Assembly (NCBI GenBank): GCA_034723415.1
Contig: JAYEOX010000008.1
Coordinates: 4,334-25,677, forward strand
Source: Fidelibacterota bacterium
Lineage (GTDB): Bacteria; Fidelibacterota; Fidelibacteria; Fidelibacterales; Fidelibacteraceae
Direction: 5' to 3'
Length of the DNA stretch: 21,344 nucleotides
Made by a program: the position numbers and the translations under genes. The notes under the pieces are model-generated. The model made no database searches and was not told the origin of the DNA. It worked only from the letters and a program-made list of their open reading frames with translations. Within the stretch, counting starts at the first letter, position 1; each line of letters starts with the position of its first letter. Positions 16,670 to 21,344 of the stretch are shown here, piece by piece.

Positions 16670-16681
16670 ATAAGGGACAAA

Positions 16682-17314
16682 ATGAGAATAAAACCAATAC
16701 CAGATGAAACAATAAGTCGCCTTTTCCCATACTTGAGGGCGCTTATTTGTCTCTCTGAAAAGAAAATTGATATTGTTTCATCTAACCATTTATCAGAAAT
16801 GTGTAATACAAATGCTTCCATGATTAGAAAAGATTTCTCTTTTTTTGGCGAATTTGGTAAAAGAGGTATTGGATATAATGTAGATAATCTTCTCGAAACA
16901 ATTCGAAATATTTTAAAAATGCAAGAGATAAAAAAAGTAGTGCTTATTGGTGTTGGTAATATAGGAAAAGCATTGTTATCTTATTCTAATTTCTATTCTG
17001 AAGGATATAATATTGTTGCAGCTTTTGATAATGATGAAAAAAAAATCGGTATAAAAATAAATGGTATAATTGTAGAAGATATAAAAGATGCAGAAAAAAC
17101 AATAAAAACTGAAAATATTAGAATATGTATACTTGCTACGCCCGTTTCTGAAACAAGTAAAGTTGCCAACAAGTTGGCGAATATGGGAATAAATGCTATT
17201 TTATCTTTTTCGCCGTGTCGAATAAATATGCCAAAAAATATTGAAGTTACTTGTATAGATTTAAGTACTGAACTTGCCAGATTAACATATTATTCATATA
17301 TTCATTCACAATGA
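16682..17314 (+). CDS. rex: Redox-sensing transcriptional repressor Rex (paralog 2)
   Basis: IPDETISRLFPYLRAL, IRKDFSFFGEFGKRGIGYNV, IGVGNIGKALLSY and AAFDND..KIG. Confidence 0.95.
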   Translation: MRIKPIPDETISRLFPYLRALICLSEKKIDIVSSNHLSEMCNTNASMIRKDFSFFGEFGKRGIGYNVDNLLETIRNILKMQEIKKVVLIGVGNIGKALLSYSNFYSEGYNIVAAFDNDEKKIGIKINGIIVEDIKDAEKTIKTENIRICILATPVSETSKVANKLANMGINAILSFSPCRINMPKNIEVTCIDLSTELARLTYYSYIHSQ

Positions 17315-17380
17315 TAACGCTATGTTTTTGACAATATTTAATTGAAAAGGTTTTTAATAACAGATTAGGAGTAATCCAGA

Positions 17381-17902
17381 ATGTCTAAAAAAAATTTCCC
17401 CTTTATAACAAAAGTTAAAAATTTTCTTTATCTTTTTATTTTTTTGTTAGTGATTTGGGTTATTTTGACTAATACTTGTAGAATTGAAGAATTACTTACA
17501 GGGATTTTAGTAAGTGTAATACTTGCACTAATTTTGAGTAAGAATTATCAAAAACTTGGTCTTCCTCCAATTGGAATAAAACGAATTATATATTTTATTA
17601 TTTTTATTTTTGTATTATTAAAGGAAATCATAAAAGCCAATTTTGATGTGGCGTATAGAGTGCTTCATCCGAAAATGCCAATTAAACCGGGAATTGTAGT
17701 AATAAAAACAGAATTGAAGCAGGATATCGCAAAAATGATACTTGCAAATTCTATTACTTTAACACCGGGGACATTTACACTTGATATTAAAGATGATGAA
17801 CTTCTTATTCATTGGATTTATGTCAGAACGAAAAAAAAAGAGGAATCCACAAGAGAAATTGGAGAAAGATTTGAAAAATACTTAAAGGTGGTGTTCGCAT
17901 GA
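17381..17902 (+). CDS. mnhE: Na+/H+ antiporter subunit E-like (MbsA paralog)
   Basis: KANFDVAYRV, PGIV, LANSITLTPGT and LIHWI. AGGAG RBS. Confidence 0.92.
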   Translation: MSKKNFPFITKVKNFLYLFIFLLVIWVILTNTCRIEELLTGILVSVILALILSKNYQKLGLPPIGIKRIIYFIIFIFVLLKEIIKANFDVAYRVLHPKMPIKPGIVVIKTELKQDIAKMILANSITLTPGTFTLDIKDDELLIHWIYVRTKKKEESTREIGERFEKYLKVVFA

Positions 17903-18159
17903 GTGAAACAATAATTATTGTATTTTTGGGTATAATTGCTGTAGGCATTTTGCTAAGTTTGATTCGAATGATAATTGGACCGACCGCCTCAGATCGGGCT
18001 GTAGCTGTAGATACAATTACGACTACTCTTGTTGCCTTGCTAGTTATTTTGGCATTTGTTTTTAAAAGGTATGTTTATCTCGATGTCTCTCTGGTATATT
18101 CACTTCTCGCTTTTGTAGGGTTATGTGCCATTGCAAGATTTATGGAAAGGGGGCTTTAA
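17899..18159 (+). CDS. mnhF: Na+/H+ antiporter subunit F-like (MbsB paralog)
   Basis: GPTASDRAVAVD and YLDVSLVYSLLAFVG. Confidence 0.92.
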   Translation: MSETIIIVFLGIIAVGILLSLIRMIIGPTASDRAVAVDTITTTLVALLVILAFVFKRYVYLDVSLVYSLLAFVGLCAIARFMERGL

Positions 18160-18160
18160 T

Positions 18161-18490
18161 ATGGAATTAGCTGGAATGATCATTACAGGAATAGGTGTAT
18201 TATTTTTACTTCTTGGGAATTTTGGAATATTAAGATTACCTGATGTTTATAATCGAATACAGGCGGGAACAAAGTGCACTACTTTTGGAACATTTTTCAC
18301 TATTATTGGAATAGGAATAATTCAGCCAGGATGGTTTTGGAAATGTTTACTTATTGCTGTTTTTGTTATGGTTACAAATCCAATTTCCAGCCATGCTATT
18401 GCGAGAGCATCAAAGAAAAGTGGTGTTAAATTATGTAACAGAAGTGTAGTGGATCAGACAAAAGAATTTAATGAAAAGGAGGAAGCATGA
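18161..18490 (+). CDS. mnhG: Na+/H+ antiporter subunit G-like (MbsC paralog)
   Basis: LRLPDVYNRIQAGTK and TNPISSHAIARA. Start moved to the ATG at 18161, which follows AAAGGGGG. Confidence 0.92.
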   Translation: MELAGMIITGIGVLFLLLGNFGILRLPDVYNRIQAGTKCTTFGTFFTIIGIGIIQPGWFWKCLLIAVFVMVTNPISSHAIARASKKSGVKLCNRSVVDQTKEFNEKEEA

Positions 18491-18726
18491 TATTAATAGT
18501 TACTTTTTTAGTAATAGCTATGCTTGTAGCAGCAGTTTCCGCATATTTTTTCCATGATTTACTAAGTGCTGTAATTGCTTCATGTATGGTTAGTTTAATT
18601 GCATCAGCTCTGTTTCTTTTTCTCCATGCTCCGGATGTTGCAATGGCTGAAGCTTCTATAGGTGCCGCTCTTGTGACTGCTGTTTTTGTTATAGCAATCA
18701 GGCGAACAAAGAGGTATGAAGAATGA
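18487..18726 (+). CDS. DUF4040 / MbhD-like membrane subunit (MbsD paralog)
   Basis: APDVAMAEASIGA motif in a short three-helix protein. Confidence 0.9.
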   Translation: MILIVTFLVIAMLVAAVSAYFFHDLLSAVIASCMVSLIASALFLFLHAPDVAMAEASIGAALVTAVFVIAIRRTKRYEE

Positions 18727-19409
18727 GAAAAATTATCGGTATAATTTTATTAATAATAATTGCATGGGGTATCATTATTTCGCTTCAGAAAATTCCATTT
18801 GGTACATCAAGAGCAAAAGTTGCCGATTATTATATTAATAATGGAAAAGAAGAGACGGGTGCGGCAAATATTGTTACTTCTATAGTAGTTAGTTATCGAA
18901 GTTTTGATACACTTGGTGAAGTAACAATTCTATTTCTTGCTGCTATTGGATTAGGTGCTGTTTTGGCAACTATTAAAAGAAAAGAAGAAAGAAAGACAGA
19001 AAAAGCCAGTTTAATTCTTTTTACAGGTTGCAGATTTTTATTTCCGCCTATTTTATTATTTGGTGCTTATATTTTTATACATGGACATTTAACTCCCGGT
19101 GGAGGATTTCAAGGAGGAGCTATAATCGCTTCAGCATTCGTTCTTATGTACTTGGGTTGTCATGATAAAAAGAAAATAAATGAAACCGGTAGTATAATCT
19201 CTGAATCCCTTGGCGGGTTGGTATTTGTCGTTATTGGATTAATTGGTTTAGCAGTTGGGGCACATTATTTCCTCAATAATTTTCTGCCAAAAGGGGAATT
19301 TAATACATTGTTGAGTGCTGGTATTATTCCGATAATTTATATTGCTATCGGATTTAAAGTTGGGGCGGAATTGAGTAAGATTATTGACTTGTTAATGGAG
19401 GAAAGTTGA
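18723..19409 (+). CDS. mnhB: Na+/H+ antiporter subunit B-like (MbsE paralog)
   Basis: GAANIVTSIVVSYRSFDTLGE and HGHLTPGGGFQGG. Confidence 0.92.
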   Translation: MRKIIGIILLIIIAWGIIISLQKIPFGTSRAKVADYYINNGKEETGAANIVTSIVVSYRSFDTLGEVTILFLAAIGLGAVLATIKRKEERKTEKASLILFTGCRFLFPPILLFGAYIFIHGHLTPGGGFQGGAIIASAFVLMYLGCHDKKKINETGSIISESLGGLVFVVIGLIGLAVGAHYFLNNFLPKGEFNTLLSAGIIPIIYIAIGFKVGAELSKIIDLLMEES

Positions 19410-19768
19410 TGAATTTTTTACACAATTATATTTATTACATTGGGGCTTTTGGGCTAATATTTATCGGTCTTTTTATTATGATAACCAAGCGAAATTATAT
19501 AAAGGTAATAATAGGATTGAGTATTCTTGAGACAGGCGTCAATTTATTTTTAATTTCTGTTGGATATATTAGCAATGGAACTGCTCCGATATTTTCAAAA
19601 GCAGGTATAGAAGCTGGAAAGATGGTAGATCCGGTTCCTCAAGCACTTGTACTTACTGCTATTGTAATTGGACTGGCTGTTCTTGGTCTTGCTTTATCTC
19701 TTGCAATTCGGCTATACAAACACTATGGAACACTCAATTTGCAGGAAATAAAAGAACAAAGATGGTAA
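19409..19768 (+). CDS. mnhC: Na+/H+ antiporter subunit C-like (MbsG paralog)
   Basis: RNYIKVIIGL and MVDPVPQALVLTAIVIG. The ATG at 19409 lies 7 nt after GGAGG. Confidence 0.92.
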   Translation: MNFLHNYIYYIGAFGLIFIGLFIMITKRNYIKVIIGLSILETGVNLFLISVGYISNGTAPIFSKAGIEAGKMVDPVPQALVLTAIVIGLAVLGLALSLAIRLYKHYGTLNLQEIKEQRW

Positions 19769-19824
19769 GTGATAAATTATTTAGATAGGAATAAAAATTA
19801 CTATGGAAAATAGGATATTATAAA

Positions 19825-21309
19825 ATGAATGAAATGATTAGTTTAAATCCGGTTCTTTTAATAGCTGTTCCCTTAGGCCTTGCCTTTTTGACTCCTTTAT
19901 TAGGACTTATTTCTAAAAAAATAGCTAAATGGCTACCCGTTGTTGGATTTCTTTTTAATTTAATTGTAGCTTTATCTATTTTGCCTCATGTGTTGAAACA
20001 GCCGATTATTGTAAAAATAGCAGGATTTGCTCCACCATTTGGAATTAATCTTTTTGCGGGTCCGGTAGGTATGTTACTTGCTACATTAATTGCCCTCACA
20101 GGATTATTGGTTGCTATATATGCAATGAAATATATAAATGAAGGTGCACAACAGAAATATCACATTTTATTTTTGTTATTACTAACAGGAGCTACTGGTG
20201 TTGTACTTACAGGAGATATATTCAATCTTTTTGTCTTTTTTGAAATACTCTGTATCTCCTCTTATGCACTTGTAGCATATCTTGGTAATCGTGCCGGAAT
20301 TGAATCAGCAGTGAAATATCTTATTCAGGGATCAATTGGTTCAAGTTTATTATTAATAGGTATTGGATTGCTTTATGGGCAGTTCGGAACCTTGAATATG
20401 GCAGATTTAGCAAGGCAAATCTTCGATTATACTGAACCATCAGTATTTGTACCTATGGTGTTAATGATAACAGGATTGGGAATAGAAGCAGCAATATTTC
20501 CTCTAAATGCATGGCTTCCAGATGCTCATTCATCGGCCCCGTCATCTATTAGTGCAATTCTTTCAGGAATTGCTATTGAGGTAGGACTATATGCTGTAAT
20601 TCGTGTTCTATTTACAATATTTGATGTTTCAAACTTTTTTATGTTTTTTGTATTCTTAGGAGTTTTGACAATTTTAATAGGGGAAATGAGTGCTTTTAGT
20701 CAGAAAAATATAAAAAGAATGCTTGCCTACTCCAGTATCGGACAAATAGGTTTGATAGTTTTTGCCTTTTCAATTTCTACACAATTTGGAGTGACCGGTG
20801 GACTATTTCAAATGATAAGTCATACATTGGGAAAAGCATTATTGTTTTTATCAGCAGGATATATGATATATAGAACCGGTTCTATGGAAATTTCGTCGTT
20901 TGAAGGAATCGGTAAGAAAATGCCACTAACGGCACTTTTATTCACGATAGGAACTTTATCTATTATCGGATTACCACCCTTTATCGGTTTCTCGAGCAAA
21001 TTTCTGATAATAAAAGCTGCGCTTGCAAAAGGGGAACTGCTGTTTACAATATTAGTTGCGATTGTATTATTGGGGACAGTAATCGAAGGGACATATTTTT
21101 TCAAAGTCATTCAGACAATGTATTTTAAAGACGAGAATAAAGAAATAGTCAAAAAAGAATCTCCTGTTACAGGGTTAATTCCAATGTTCATTTTTGCAGG
21201 ATTGATAATATTTATAGGAATATTCCCGAATTTTGTAATGAAAATTTTAAATCCGGCAGCTTCAGAGCTTCTTGATAAAGTAGAATATATAAGGAGTGTA
21301 TTAGGATGA
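19825..21309 (+). CDS. mnhD: Proton-conducting membrane subunit, MrpD-like (MbsH paralog)
   Basis: TGDIFNLFVFFEI, GTLNMADL, FPLNAWLPDAH, KRMLAYSSIGQIG and GLPPFIGFSSK. Confidence 0.9.
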   Translation: MNEMISLNPVLLIAVPLGLAFLTPLLGLISKKIAKWLPVVGFLFNLIVALSILPHVLKQPIIVKIAGFAPPFGINLFAGPVGMLLATLIALTGLLVAIYAMKYINEGAQQKYHILFLLLLTGATGVVLTGDIFNLFVFFEILCISSYALVAYLGNRAGIESAVKYLIQGSIGSSLLLIGIGLLYGQFGTLNMADLARQIFDYTEPSVFVPMVLMITGLGIEAAIFPLNAWLPDAHSSAPSSISAILSGIAIEVGLYAVIRVLFTIFDVSNFFMFFVFLGVLTILIGEMSAFSQKNIKRMLAYSSIGQIGLIVFAFSISTQFGVTGGLFQMISHTLGKALLFLSAGYMIYRTGSMEISSFEGIGKKMPLTALLFTIGTLSIIGLPPFIGFSSKFLIIKAALAKGELLFTILVAIVLLGTVIEGTYFFKVIQTMYFKDENKEIVKKESPVTGLIPMFIFAGLIIFIGIFPNFVMKILNPAASELLDKVEYIRSVLG

Positions 21310-21344
21310 GTTTAGAATTATTATTAATAATTGCTTTTGGTGGT
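21306..21344 (+). CDS. Start of the next membrane subunit (partial; by gene order probably a separate H'/second MrpD-MrpA-like subunit)
   Basis: ATGA overlap with the previous stop codon, AAGGAG RBS at 21291-21296, and hydrophobic MSLELLLIIAFGG running to the window edge. Confidence 0.65.
   Translation, partial: MSLELLLIIAFGG

Noticed and set aside
17305..17358. Internal promoter (TTGACA at 17328) and a Rex half-site (TTCACAA at 17305) before mnhE
   Set aside because: There is no good -10 at 16-18 bp and no partner half-site. Such matches are expected by chance in AT-rich DNA.
5876..18922. Identical 17-mer GATACACTTGGTGAAGT at 5876 and 18906 as a recombination or repeat element
   Set aside because: It simply encodes the conserved DTLGEV motif in the two MnhB-like paralogs.
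1574..21110. Short antisense or alternate-frame ORFs in the track (e.g. 1574-2002, 2328-2516, 3044-3409, 3983-4216, 11707-11949, 13556-13882, 14628-14915, 16639-16821, 20820-21110)
   Set aside because: They lie within or largely overlap well-supported genes and have no recognisable motifs. They are shadow ORFs.

Overview
AT-rich bacterial window, apparently from an anaerobe. The lineage cannot be determined from this sequence alone. The left arm (minus strand) carries an Fe-S-type Rrf2 regulator, a ChaN/EreA-like exported protein, an unusual signal-less DUF1858-(DUF2249)x2-SsuA/NMT1-like fusion protein, and the 5' end of a LolD/MacB-type ABC ATPase. Divergent from it is a Rex repressor followed by a complete MBS/MBX-type (membrane-bound sulfane-sulfur reductase-like) operon in the order A-B-C-D-E-G-HH'-M-J-K-L-N. 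In this operon H and H' are fused, L has no NiFe site but keeps the two MbsL-type Cys, J has three cluster Cys, and N is fused to a GltD/NfnB-like flavoprotein. A ferritin/rubrerythrin-like protein, a CBS-pair protein and an ArsR regulator follow. A second Rex then heads a paralogous Mrp/MBS-type membrane operon that runs off the right edge. The most interesting features are the tandem pair of Rex-headed complexes, the likely NADH input module, Lys-to-Glu changes in the pump subunits, perfect Rex half-sites separated by 10 bp instead of 4, short tandem repeats at the J-K, K-L and L-N junctions, and the Rrf2-linked fusion protein.
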